This document shows positions 1-9,870 of a stretch of DNA of 64,000 nt, in pieces; position 1 is the stretch's first letter, and each line of letters starts with the position of its first letter. Origin of the DNA: an uncultured Candidatus Rokubacteria bacterium. Lineage in GTDB: Bacteria; Methylomirabilota; Methylomirabilia; Rokubacteriales; CSP1-6. The translations under genes and the position numbers were made by a program. A model generated the notes under the pieces. The model was not told the DNA's origin, made no database searches, and saw nothing but the letters and a program-made list of their open reading frames with translations. The stretch is from NCBI GenBank assembly GCA_963789955.1, contig CAWBMV010000001.1:384001-448000 (forward strand), given 5' to 3'.

Positions 1-891
1 CTCGATCGCCTGATCGCGGCCCGGCGGCCGGATCGAATCATCGTCGGGTTCACGGACCGGCGTGGGCGCGTGCCGCTCTCCCGCTTGATCGAATCCCGGG
101 CGCGCGGCATCCGGATCGAGGACGTCGTGGAGACGTACGAGCGCTTGACCGGCAAGCTCGCCCTCGAGCTCATGGCGCCGAGCCGCCTCATCTTCTCGCA
201 CGAGTTCGCGACGGCGCGCGTGCAGCCCGTGTTCGAGCGGGCGCTCAGTCTCCTCGTGGCGATCGCCGGCCTGATCGTGCTGGCGCCGATGATGCTGGTG
301 ATCGCACTCGCGATCAAGCTGGAGTCCCGCGGCCCGGTGTTCTTCGTCCAGCAGCGCGCCGGGCTCTATCGGATGCCGTTCAACCTGGTCAAGTTCCGCA
401 CGATGCATCCGGTCGTGGGCCGGCACTCCGAGTGGGAGCGCGACAACTCGACCCGGATCACGCGGTGCGGGTACTGGCTCCGGCGCTTCCGCCTGGACGA
501 GCTGCCCCAGCTGATCAACATGCTCCGCGGCGACATGAACCTGGTCGGCCCGCGGCCTCATCCGATGACGAACCTCGAGCTGCTCATGCTGACCGCCCGC
601 AATCTGAGCGAGGTCTCCGGCGACGCGATCCCGTACTACTCGCTTCGCTGCTCGGTGCGGCCGGGTATCACCGGCTGGGCGCAGGTGCGGTACCGCTACG
701 CGAACTCACTCGAGCAGGAAGTGGAAAAGATCCGCTACGACTTTTACTACCTCAAGCATCTGTCGGTCTGGCTCGACGTTCGGATTCTCCTCGAGACGGT
801 TCGGATCATCGTGGTGGGACACCGGTCCGTTCCTCACGAGATCGAGGAGGCGTCCGCCGAGGCCGTGGACGCTCATCGGGAGAGTGCGTGA
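1..891 (+). CDS. Priming sugar transferase (undecaprenyl-phosphate glycosyl-1-phosphate transferase family), 5'-truncated by window edge
   Basis: Frame open from base 1; motifs ESRGPVFFVQQRAG, KFRTM, RLDELPQLINMLRGDMNLVGPRP, RPGITGWAQV of the bacterial sugar transferase family. Confidence 0.93.
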   Translation, partial: LDRLIAARRPDRIIVGFTDRRGRVPLSRLIESRARGIRIEDVVETYERLTGKLALELMAPSRLIFSHEFATARVQPVFERALSLLVAIAGLIVLAPMMLVIALAIKLESRGPVFFVQQRAGLYRMPFNLVKFRTMHPVVGRHSEWERDNSTRITRCGYWLRRFRLDELPQLINMLRGDMNLVGPRPHPMTNLELLMLTARNLSEVSGDAIPYYSLRCSVRPGITGWAQVRYRYANSLEQEVEKIRYDFYYLKHLSVWLDVRILLETVRIIVVGHRSVPHEIEEASAEAVDAHRESA

Positions 892-2216
892 TGCCTCACA
901 CGGCCGTGACCGCGGCCGACCTCACCCGCCGTATCGCCGAGCGCTCCGCCCGCGTCGGCATCATCGGTCAGGGATACGTCGGTCTTCCGCTCGCGGTGGA
1001 GTTCGCGCGAGTCGGCTTTTCGGTGACAGGATTCGACACGAGCGTCGACCGCGTCAGCATGCTCAACGCCGGCCGGTCGCACACGCCCGACGTGCCGGAC
1101 GAGGCGCTCCGGGCGCGGATCGAGGTGGGGCGCTATCAGGCGACGACCGACCTTTCGGGCCTGGGCGAGTGCGACGCGGTCATCATCTGCGTGCCGACGC
1201 CGCTCAGAAAGTCGAAGGATCCCGACATCTCCTTCGTGGCCGCGGCCGCGCAGGAAACCGCCGAGCACTTCAGGCCCGCGCAGCTCGTGATCCTCGAGTC
1301 GACGACATACCCGGGGACGACTCAGGAGCTCCTGGCGCCGATGTTCGAGGCGCGCGGTGGCACCCCCGGCATCGACTGCTTCCTGGCGTTCTCGCCGGAG
1401 CGGATCGACCCCGCGAACCCGGCCTTCGCCGTGAAGGACATTCCCAAGGTCGTCGGCGGCCTCACGCCCGAGTGCGCCGCGCTGGCGGCGCTCCTGTACG
1501 GCCAGATCGTGGGACGCGTCGTCACGGTCTCGAGCCCGCGGGTGGCCGAGCTCGCCAAGCTCTACGAGAACGTCTTCCGCAACGTGAACATCGCGCTCGC
1601 CAACGAGCTCGCGCTGATGTGCCGGCAGCTCGGCGTGAGCACGCGCGAGGTGATCCAGGCCGCCGCCACCAAGCCGTTCGGCTTCATGCCCTTCTATCCC
1701 GGCCCCGGCATCGGCGGGCATTGCATCGGCGTCGATCCGGCGTACCTCGCGTGGCGGATGCGCCTGAACGGGTACGAGGCTCGCTTCATCCACCTGGCGG
1801 ACGAGATCAACCGGGCCATGCCGCAATACGTGGTCGATCTCGTGAGCGAGAGCTTGAACCGCCGCCGGCGCTGCCTCAACGGGGCCCGCATCCTGGCGCT
1901 CGGCATTGCGTACAAGCGCGGCGTCGGCGACACGCGCGAATCGCCGGCCCTCGAGGTCATGGCACGCCTGATCGGCCGCGACGCTGTCGTGGAGTACGCC
2001 GATCCGCACGTGCCTGAGATCGCCTTCGAGGGGCACTCGCTGAAGGCCGTCGAGGTGACGGACGAGCGGCTCGCGGAGGCGGACTGCGTGGTGATCCTCA
2101 CGGACCATCAGGAGTTCGACTACGCCCGGATCGTCGAGACCTCGTCGCTGGTCGTGGACACGCGCGGGGCGACCCACACGATCGCGGCGCCGGCCGATCG
2201 GGTCGTGGCGCTCTGA
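891..2216 (+). CDS. Nucleotide-sugar dehydrogenase (UDP-GlcNAc/UDP-ManNAc 6-dehydrogenase, WbpA/WecC-like)
   Basis: GQGYVGLP Rossmann motif, CVPTPL, LESTTYPGTT, FSPERIDP, PGPGIGGHCI, DTRESP; ATG overlaps the upstream TGA. Confidence 0.92.
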   Translation: MPHTAVTAADLTRRIAERSARVGIIGQGYVGLPLAVEFARVGFSVTGFDTSVDRVSMLNAGRSHTPDVPDEALRARIEVGRYQATTDLSGLGECDAVIICVPTPLRKSKDPDISFVAAAAQETAEHFRPAQLVILESTTYPGTTQELLAPMFEARGGTPGIDCFLAFSPERIDPANPAFAVKDIPKVVGGLTPECAALAALLYGQIVGRVVTVSSPRVAELAKLYENVFRNVNIALANELALMCRQLGVSTREVIQAAATKPFGFMPFYPGPGIGGHCIGVDPAYLAWRMRLNGYEARFIHLADEINRAMPQYVVDLVSESLNRRRRCLNGARILALGIAYKRGVGDTRESPALEVMARLIGRDAVVEYADPHVPEIAFEGHSLKAVEVTDERLAEADCVVILTDHQEFDYARIVETSSLVVDTRGATHTIAAPADRVVAL

Positions 2217-3436
2217 TGACCACCCGCTCGGCGCTCGAGCCCCGCCGGCCGTCGACCTCGCCCGAGGATCGGGTGCGGCTGCTCACCTTCACGACTCTGT
2301 TCGCGATCGGCGGCACCGAGCGCCACGTCGCGAGCCTGGCGGACGGCCTCGACCATTCGCGGTTCGATCTCGAGTTCGCATGCCACCGGCGCTCGGGAGA
2401 GTTTCTCGCACAGATCGAGGCGCGCGGGCTGGCCGTCAGCGAGTACCCGGTCACGCGGCTCTACGGCCCGCACGCCCTGGCCCAGCAGCTCCGCTTCGCG
2501 CGGCACCTCCGGCGGCGGCGCATCCAGATCATGCACAGCTACAACTTCTATCCGAACGTGTTCGCGATCCCGGCCGCCCGGATGGCGCGCACGCCGGTCG
2601 TGCTGGCCTCCATTCGCGACACGGGCGCTCACCTCACGCCGCGGCAGCGGCGGGTGCACCGGCTCTGGTGCCGCCTGGCCGATCACGTCCTGGTGAATGC
2701 CGAGGCGGTGCGGGAATGGCTGACCGCCGAGGGCTACGACCCGAGCCGGATCAGCGTGATCCGGAACGGTCTGGATCTCTCACGCTTCACGCCGGGCGGC
2801 GACCCATCGTCGCTGCGCCGGGAGCTCGGGCTCCCCGACGGCGTGCCGCTGATCGCGATGCTGTCGCGCCTGAGCCGGTTGAAAGGCGTCGAGGATTTCC
2901 TGGACGCCGCCGCCACCGTGGCCGCGCGCTTCAAGGAGGCGCGCTTCCTCGTCATCGGCGGCAACATCAACCCCGACGGCAGCGGGTACCGGCGCGAGCT
3001 TGAGGAGCGGGCGGCCCGCCTCGGGCTGCAGCAGCGCGTGCTCTTCACCGGGTTCCGGCTCGACGTCCCCCGCCTGCTCTCGGCGGTCACGATGTCCGTG
3101 CTCCCGTCGCTCAGCGAAGGGCTCTCCAACACGATCCTCGAATCGATGGCGGCCGGCGCACCGGTCGTGGCGACACGGGTCGGCGGAACCGCGGAAGCGC
3201 TCGAGGACGGGGTGGACGGGCTGCTCGTTCCGCCGCGGGACCCGGCGGCGCTCAGCCGGGCGATCACCTGGGTGCTCGAGCACCCCGAAGCGGCCCGCGA
3301 GCTGGGCCGTCGCGCGCGCGCCCGCGTTGCCGAAGAGTTCTCGCTCCAGCGCATGATTCGCGAAACCGAGTGTCTGTACGCGCGGCTCCTCGAACGGCCG
3401 GCGCGCCGAAGGGCCATTGCGAGGTCCGCCCGATGA
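2216..3436 (+). CDS. Glycosyltransferase family 4
   Basis: GGTERH N-terminal motif; SLSEGLSNTILESMAAGAPVVATRVGG (EX7E motif). Confidence 0.92.
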   Translation: MTTRSALEPRRPSTSPEDRVRLLTFTTLFAIGGTERHVASLADGLDHSRFDLEFACHRRSGEFLAQIEARGLAVSEYPVTRLYGPHALAQQLRFARHLRRRRIQIMHSYNFYPNVFAIPAARMARTPVVLASIRDTGAHLTPRQRRVHRLWCRLADHVLVNAEAVREWLTAEGYDPSRISVIRNGLDLSRFTPGGDPSSLRRELGLPDGVPLIAMLSRLSRLKGVEDFLDAAATVAARFKEARFLVIGGNINPDGSGYRRELEERAARLGLQQRVLFTGFRLDVPRLLSAVTMSVLPSLSEGLSNTILESMAAGAPVVATRVGGTAEALEDGVDGLLVPPRDPAALSRAITWVLEHPEAARELGRRARARVAEEFSLQRMIRETECLYARLLERPARRRAIARSAR

Positions 3437-4599
3437 CCACCGACGCGATCGTCGAGATCGAGAAGCTCGAGACCGCCGGGCAGTTCGAGCGACTCGCGGG
3501 CGAGTGGGCCGATCTGCTCGCGGCCAGTCCATCGGACTGCCTCTTCCTCACCTGGGAGTGGCTCTTCACGTGGTGGAAGCACCTCTCCGGAGCCCGGCGA
3601 CTCTCGATCCTAGCCGTGCGCGCGGACGGCGAGCTGGTCGCGCTCGCGCCGCTCGCGTCGCGTCCGCGGCGTCTCGAGAAGTTGCTGTCGATGGGCGCGC
3701 TGGAGTTTCTCGGCACCGGCACCGTGGGATCCGACTATCTCGACCTGATCGTCAGGCCCGGATATGCCATGCCGGCGATTCGCGCGCTGGCGGGCTCGCT
3801 GGTGGAGGCCGGGGCCGCGGTCCGATTCGCCCAGGTGCTGCCGGACGCGCCGAACCCGATGACCTTCGCCCAGGAGCTCGGGCGGCGTCAGTGGAGCATT
3901 CGCTCGACGAAGACTGACGTGTGCCCCTTCATCGACCTCACCGGCCATACCTGGGACTCGTACCTGGACGACCTCGGGTCGGCGCACCGCTACAACTTCC
4001 GTCGCCGGTTCCGCAATCTCGAGCGGCTCGGTCGCGTGCGCTTCACGCGCGTCGAGACCGAGGCGGACCGCGCGACCGCGCTGCGGGAGCTCGTGGCGCT
4101 GCACCAGATGCGCTGGCAGTCGCGCGGCGGCTCGAGCGCGTTCGATCGCCCGACGCTCGTCGACTTTCACGACGAGCTGAGCGCGCTGGCGCTCGCCCGC
4201 GGCTGGCTCCGGCTCTTCACCCTCCGGCTGGACGACATCGCGATCGCGGCCGTGTACGGGTTCCGCTATCGCGACACGTTCTCCTTCTATCAGTCGGGCT
4301 TCGATCCGCGCCTCGCGCGTGCCAGCGTCGGCCTCCTCGCGGTCGGCCTGTCGATCAAGGCGGCCGTGGAGGAAGGCGCCCGGGAATACGACTTCCTGCA
4401 CGGCGACGAAGCCTACAAGTTCCACTGGGCGCGCCGGACCCGAGAGATCGGACGGCTCGAGCTCTATCCGCCGCACGTGCGCGGGCGGCTCTACCGCCGC
4501 GCGATCGAGGCGAGTCGCGTCGCCCGCCGGACGGCCCGGTGCGTTCTGCCCGACGCGGTGGCGCAGCGCCTCGCCGTCGGGCTCGGGATCGGAGGCTAG
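3433..4599 (+). CDS. GNAT-family acyltransferase (CelD/BcsL-like)
   Basis: LFLTWEWLFTWW, SDYLDLI, FYQSGFDP, YDFLHGDEAYKFHW; ATG at 3433 overlaps the previous stop. Confidence 0.85.
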   Translation: MTTDAIVEIEKLETAGQFERLAGEWADLLAASPSDCLFLTWEWLFTWWKHLSGARRLSILAVRADGELVALAPLASRPRRLEKLLSMGALEFLGTGTVGSDYLDLIVRPGYAMPAIRALAGSLVEAGAAVRFAQVLPDAPNPMTFAQELGRRQWSIRSTKTDVCPFIDLTGHTWDSYLDDLGSAHRYNFRRRFRNLERLGRVRFTRVETEADRATALRELVALHQMRWQSRGGSSAFDRPTLVDFHDELSALALARGWLRLFTLRLDDIAIAAVYGFRYRDTFSFYQSGFDPRLARASVGLLAVGLSIKAAVEEGAREYDFLHGDEAYKFHWARRTREIGRLELYPPHVRGRLYRRAIEASRVARRTARCVLPDAVAQRLAVGLGIGG

Positions 4600-5694
4600 G
4601 TGACCACCATGGGACGCGCCCACCTCAAGACAGGACTGGCGCTCATGCTCGGCGCCACGCGGACCGACCGCCTGATCCGGCTCATGTCCGGCACGCGCCG
4701 GATGCCGCTGGTCGTCGGCTATCACCGGGTCGTCGACGACAGCCACCGGCGCCGCGCGTCGATCATCGCGCCCATGCTGGTGAGCCTGCGGATGTTCGAG
4801 CGTCAGCTCGACTGGATCGGCCGCCGCTTCCGGTTCGTCTCGCTCGACGAGCTCGGCGCGCAGCTCGAGGCGGGCCGCGCGTTCGACACGCCGACCGCCG
4901 CCGTGACGTTCGACGACGGCTACCGCGATCTCTACGAGCACGCCTTCCCCGTGCTCAAGCGCAAGGGGATCCCGGCCGCGGTCTTCGTCGTCACGGACTG
5001 GATCGATCGCACCAGCGCGCTCTTCCACGATCGGCTCTATCTCCTGCTCACGCGCGACTGGGTGACGGCGCGCGAGGTGCTGCTCGATCTCGGGGTGATG
5101 ACCGCCGAGCAGGCGGCGCGCGGGCTCAACGAGCCGTTCGGGGCACTGCGGCACGTCCTGACGACCCAGTCGCAGTGGGGTCTCGGGCGGGTGACCGCGG
5201 CGCTCGAGGAGAAGCTCGCGATCGATACCGGTCGGCTCGACGGTCTGCGGCCGCTGAGCTGGGCGATGCTCGCCGAGATGCAGCGCGGCGGCATGACGGT
5301 GGGCTCGCACACGCGCACGCACGCGCTCCTCACGCACGAGAGGCCGGAGCGGATGCTCGCGGAGACCCTCGGCGCCCGTCACCTCCTGGAGGAGCGGCTC
5401 CGGATCGCGATCAACCATTTCGCGTATCCCGACGGGGCGTTCAACGCCGAGTCGGTCGAGACGGTGGCGCAGGCAGGCTACCGCTTCGCGTACACGACCT
5501 GCCATCATCGCGACCGCCGCCATCCGCTGCTGACGATTCCGCGCTGCGTGCTCTGGGAGAACTCGTGCCTCGATCCGGGCGGCCGCTTCTCGGCGGCGGT
5601 CGCGAGCTACGTCACGAGCGGCATCTTCCACTTTGCCTCCGGGTGCCGACACGGCGCGGCGCCGCGTCCGCCGGTCCCGATGGTGCTTCGATGA
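4600..5694 (+). CDS. Polysaccharide deacetylase (CE4/NodB)
   Basis: GYHRV, VTFDDGY, GSHTRTH, HFAYPDG motifs. Confidence 0.9.
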   Translation: MTTMGRAHLKTGLALMLGATRTDRLIRLMSGTRRMPLVVGYHRVVDDSHRRRASIIAPMLVSLRMFERQLDWIGRRFRFVSLDELGAQLEAGRAFDTPTAAVTFDDGYRDLYEHAFPVLKRKGIPAAVFVVTDWIDRTSALFHDRLYLLLTRDWVTAREVLLDLGVMTAEQAARGLNEPFGALRHVLTTQSQWGLGRVTAALEEKLAIDTGRLDGLRPLSWAMLAEMQRGGMTVGSHTRTHALLTHERPERMLAETLGARHLLEERLRIAINHFAYPDGAFNAESVETVAQAGYRFAYTTCHHRDRRHPLLTIPRCVLWENSCLDPGGRFSAAVASYVTSGIFHFASGCRHGAAPRPPVPMVLR

Positions 5695-7091
5695 GCGAGC
5701 CGGCCTTCACCCTCGGGTCGGTCCCCGATCCCCACTGGTGGCAGCGCGCGACCGACACGCCGAGCGCGTCGGCCGCGACCGGCGCGGGCGTCGAGGGCGC
5801 GCACGCCGAGCCGGTCGACTCGGGCGCCGCGGGGGCGTCACTGCCGTTCTGGGCGCTGCTCGGCTTCACCTTCGTGCTCCTGATCGCCCCGCAGAACATC
5901 ATCCCGGCGCTGCAGCCCCTGCGTCTGGGGATGCTGGCCGCGGGCATCGCGCTCGGCGCGATGCTGCTGGACCGGCTCGGGCGCGGCCTGTCGATCACGC
6001 GCGTCACGCGCGAGATCAAGATCGCCGCGTGCCTCTTGGCCTGGGCGATCGTGACGATTCCCATGTCGTACTGGCCCGGTGGATCGTTCGCCTTGCTGAC
6101 CGACCTCTATCTGAAGACCCTGGCGATCTTCCTCTTGATCGCGAACGTCGTGAGCACCACCGATCGTCTCCGCAAGGTCGCGTGGGCGTTGACGCTCATG
6201 AGCATCCCGCTCGCGACGAAGGGCATCCAGAACTACCTGTCGGGCGTGTACGTCCACGGCGGCGTGGACCAGGCCGTGAAGCGGATCGTCGGCTACGACG
6301 CGCCGCTCACGCAGAATCCGAACGACCTCGCGCTCGTGCTCAACCTGATCCTTCCGCTGACGGTTGCGCTGCTGCTGATCACGCCGACCGGCGTGGCGCG
6401 CGCCTCGTTGTTCGGCGTGATGGCGCTCCAGGTGGTGGGCATCATGGTCACGTTCTCGCGCGCCGGCTTTCTGACGTTCGCCACGACGCTCGTCGTCTCG
6501 GTGCTGACGTCGTCCGGGAGGCTGGACCGGCGCTGGACCTGGGGGGTGCTGATCCTCGCGATGATCTGTGTGCCGTTGTTACCCGCCGACTACGTGAGCC
6601 ATCTGTTCACGATCACCGACGTGGACAGCGATCCGACCGGCTCGGGTCAAGCGCGGTGGGCGCAGCAGGTCGCCGCCGTCGGGTACGTCATGGGCCATCC
6701 GCTGGTGGGCGCCGGGCTCGGTCAAAACAGTCTGGCGATGAACGAAGTCCTCGGGCCGGCGTGGCTCATGGTGCACAACGCCTATCTCGAGTACGCGATC
6801 GATCTCGGGCTGCCCGGGCTCGTCCTCTTTCTCCTCCTGTTCGTCGGCAGCGTCCGCAGCGCCGGCCGCGCCGCACGCCTCGCCGCGGCTCGCCCGGGTG
6901 GTCACGAGCTGAGCATCCTGGCCAACGGGATCCGCGTGAGCCTGCTGGCGTTCGCGGCGGCGGCGTTCTTCTCGCCGGTCGCGTATCACTTCCACTTCTA
7001 CTACTTCGCGGGCCTAGCCCTCGCGGCCCTCGGAATCGCCGAAACCGGCGCGGGCCCGGCGCCCGAGCCCGTCGCGGACGAGCTGACATGA
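5691..7091 (+). CDS. O-antigen ligase/Wzy-like polymerase family membrane protein
   Basis: Multi-TM; NPNDLA, TFSRAGF, HPLVGAGLG, VHNAYLEYAIDLGLPG; ATG at 5691 within the 3921..7091 ORF. Confidence 0.85.
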   Translation: MSEPAFTLGSVPDPHWWQRATDTPSASAATGAGVEGAHAEPVDSGAAGASLPFWALLGFTFVLLIAPQNIIPALQPLRLGMLAAGIALGAMLLDRLGRGLSITRVTREIKIAACLLAWAIVTIPMSYWPGGSFALLTDLYLKTLAIFLLIANVVSTTDRLRKVAWALTLMSIPLATKGIQNYLSGVYVHGGVDQAVKRIVGYDAPLTQNPNDLALVLNLILPLTVALLLITPTGVARASLFGVMALQVVGIMVTFSRAGFLTFATTLVVSVLTSSGRLDRRWTWGVLILAMICVPLLPADYVSHLFTITDVDSDPTGSGQARWAQQVAAVGYVMGHPLVGAGLGQNSLAMNEVLGPAWLMVHNAYLEYAIDLGLPGLVLFLLLFVGSVRSAGRAARLAAARPGGHELSILANGIRVSLLAFAAAAFFSPVAYHFHFYYFAGLALAALGIAETGAGPAPEPVADELT

Positions 7092-8473
7092 GCCCGGCGG
7101 CGCACGAGCTGGTCTCGGTGCACCTTCTGCACCCGCTGCGCGGGCTCTACCGGCTCACCCGGCCGTCGCTCCGACCCGCGGCGCTCGAGACCGGCGAGGG
7201 CCTGCGCTTCCGCGAGTGTGCCGCGACGTGGTCTCTGGATCAGCGCCGCGAGTGGATGCTGGTGCGCCTACGCGAAATGGCTCGGCGGGCCTGGTGGACG
7301 ACGCGCTACTACCGCGGCCTGTTCGACGAGATCGGCTTCGATCCGCGCGCCAACTTCACGTTCGACGACTTCGCGGCCCTCCCGCCGCTCGAGCGCGCGG
7401 ACGTTCATCGAGCCGGCCGGGCGCTGGTCTCCGTCGCCGTGCCGCCGGGCGACCTGCGGCAGGACGCGACCGGCGGATCGACGGGTGAGCCCACCGTCGT
7501 GTGGCTCGGGCCGAGCGAGCGGGGCTGGCGCGAGAGCGGCATCGAGTACTACATGCGGCGCATCGGTCTGCCGCGCGGCACGCGCGCGGCCGCGCTCTGG
7601 GGACACCATCTGGATCCGAAGGCCGGCGACGGGCTCGGCGACCGGTTCCGCTCCTTCGTCGACAACTCGCGCGAGCTCGAGTGCTTCCGTCTTTCGTCGC
7701 CGGTGCTGGCCGATCATCACGCGACCCTCGAGCGGTGGCGGCCGCGATATCTCCTCGCCTACGCGAGCGCGCTGGGCGCGCTGGCGGACGAGGTCGGCAC
7801 GCGCGGATGGCGCCCGAGCTATCCGACGCGCTGTTTCGTGACCGGCGCGGAGAAGCTCACGGCGTCGGACCGCGCGCGGATCGAGTCGGTCTTCGGCCGC
7901 CCGGTGCACGAGCGCTACGGCAGCCGCGACGTGGGCCTGATCGCGTTCCAGCTCGATCCGAGCCGGACGCTCGAGCTCGAGGTCGACTGGGCCAACGTGC
8001 TGATCGAGCCGGATACCCACGGACCCTTCTCGTCGATCCTCGTCACGAAGCTCCACGGCGACGGGATGCCCATGCTGCGCTACCGGATCGGAGACCTCGC
8101 CCGCTTTCCGGCGGACAGCCGTCCGGGTCATCCCGCGTTCACGCTCGAGGAGGTGCTGGGCCGTGAGCTCGACCGGATCTGGCTCCCCGACGGCCGCTGG
8201 ATCCACGGCGTCGAGTTCCCGCACATGATGAAGGACCATCCGGTGCGCGAGTGGCAGGTCGTTCAGACCGACGACACCAGGGTCACGGTGCGACTGGTTC
8301 CCGGCGCGAGCTTCGGCGAGGGCAACCGCGCGGGAATTCTCCAGGCGCTCCGCGCGAACCTCGACGGTCTCTCGGTGAGCCTCGAGCTCTGCGCGGCGCT
8401 CGAGCGGACTCGCGCGAACAAGGCGCGCGCCGTGGTGAGCGAGATCGAGGAGCGGCGGCGGGCTCGGGCATGA
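7088..8473 (+). CDS. Phenylacetate-CoA ligase/CapK-like adenylate-forming enzyme
   Basis: TGGSTGEP P-loop, TGAEKL, ERYGSRDVG, MPMLRYRIGDL. Confidence 0.85.
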   Translation: MSPAAHELVSVHLLHPLRGLYRLTRPSLRPAALETGEGLRFRECAATWSLDQRREWMLVRLREMARRAWWTTRYYRGLFDEIGFDPRANFTFDDFAALPPLERADVHRAGRALVSVAVPPGDLRQDATGGSTGEPTVVWLGPSERGWRESGIEYYMRRIGLPRGTRAAALWGHHLDPKAGDGLGDRFRSFVDNSRELECFRLSSPVLADHHATLERWRPRYLLAYASALGALADEVGTRGWRPSYPTRCFVTGAEKLTASDRARIESVFGRPVHERYGSRDVGLIAFQLDPSRTLELEVDWANVLIEPDTHGPFSSILVTKLHGDGMPMLRYRIGDLARFPADSRPGHPAFTLEEVLGRELDRIWLPDGRWIHGVEFPHMMKDHPVREWQVVQTDDTRVTVRLVPGASFGEGNRAGILQALRANLDGLSVSLELCAALERTRANKARAVVSEIEERRRARA

Positions 8474-9870
8474 CGGACCGTCATTTCACGAACGATCGGC
8501 TGGTCGCTGCCGTCCGGACCTCCGACGGCGAGCGAATGGGCGCCGAAGCCCTCTCGCTGAGCCTCGCGCGTCTGGCCGCGCTCCTGGGATGGAGCGAGGA
8601 AGGCCGGGGCCCGTTCGGGAGCGCGATCCCGCGCGCGGCGCGCGTGGTGGTGAAACCCAACTGGGTGATGCACGAGAACCGCGGCCCCTGGGGCCTCGAC
8701 CCGCTCGTCACCGATCCCGCGCTCATCCGCGCCGTCGTCGACGGTGTGCTCGCCGCCGGGCCGGCACGCGTCGTCGTCGGCGACGCGCCGCTCCAGGGCT
8801 GCGATCTCGAGCGCCTCCTGAGCGAGACCGCGCTCGACCGCTGGGCGGCCGATCTGCAGAGGCGCGAGCCGGCCTTCGTCGGGCTGGAGGACTTCCGGCG
8901 GACCACGTGCGCGTTTCGCTACGGCGTGCGGATGGCCCACGAGGATCGGCGTCCCGAAGACGACTTCGTCCTGTTCGACCTGGGCGCCGAGAGCTTGCTG
9001 GAGCCGATCACCGACGGCCGGGGTTCGTTCCGTGTCACGCAGTACGATCCGCGGCAGCTGCAGAAGACTCACGCGCCGGGCCGCCACTGCTATCTGGTCG
9101 CGCGCGCGATCATCGACGCCGACGTCGTGGTCAACCTGCCGAAGCTCAAGACCCACTGCAAGGCGGGCATCACCAGCGCCCTCAAGAATCTGGTGGGCAT
9201 CAATGGCAACAAGGAGTTTCTGCCTCACCACCGGCTCGGCGGCTCCAGCCACGGGGGCGACTGCTATCCGGGCGGCAGCGTGCTCAAGCGCGTGATCGAG
9301 CTCGCGCTCGATCAGTCGAATCTCGCCGGCTCGGCCGGGACTCGCGCCTTCGCGTGGAGCACGACCGGCGACGTCCTCGGACGCATCTTGCAGCGGACCG
9401 GCGACGAGATTGGCGTCGAGGGCGCGTGGTCCGGCAACGACACGGTGTGGCGCACCTGCCTCGACCTGAACCGGGTCCTGCACTACGGCCGGTCCGACGG
9501 AACGCTCGCCGCGACCCCGCAGCGCCGCGTCCTGCACATCGCGGACGCGATCGTCGCCGGGCAGGGCGATGGCCCGCTCGCCGCCGAGCCGCTCCCGCTG
9601 GGGATCCTGCTCGGCGGCGGCAATCCGGCCGCGATGGACTGGGTCGGCGCTCACTTGCTCGGCTACGATCCGCGCCGCGTCGCGCTCACCCGTGGCGCGT
9701 TCGGGCGCTTCCAGTGGCCGATCACCACGTTCGAGCCCGACGAGGTTCGGCTGATCGGCGATCTCGGCGACGAGGCCGGCTCGCTCGCCCGGGCGCTCGC
9801 CGCGGCGCAATCGGTGAAGCATCCGCCGGGCTGGCGCGACTCCGCGGCGGCGTGGACGGAGTGCCGCTGA
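8470..9870 (+). CDS. DUF362-family protein (putative Fe-S)
   Basis: VVVKPNWV, NLPKLKTHCKAGITSALKNLVG, DAIVAGQGDGP. Confidence 0.82.
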   Translation: MTDRHFTNDRLVAAVRTSDGERMGAEALSLSLARLAALLGWSEEGRGPFGSAIPRAARVVVKPNWVMHENRGPWGLDPLVTDPALIRAVVDGVLAAGPARVVVGDAPLQGCDLERLLSETALDRWAADLQRREPAFVGLEDFRRTTCAFRYGVRMAHEDRRPEDDFVLFDLGAESLLEPITDGRGSFRVTQYDPRQLQKTHAPGRHCYLVARAIIDADVVVNLPKLKTHCKAGITSALKNLVGINGNKEFLPHHRLGGSSHGGDCYPGGSVLKRVIELALDQSNLAGSAGTRAFAWSTTGDVLGRILQRTGDEIGVEGAWSGNDTVWRTCLDLNRVLHYGRSDGTLAATPQRRVLHIADAIVAGQGDGPLAAEPLPLGILLGGGNPAAMDWVGAHLLGYDPRRVALTRGAFGRFQWPITTFEPDEVRLIGDLGDEAGSLARALAAAQSVKHPPGWRDSAAAWTECR

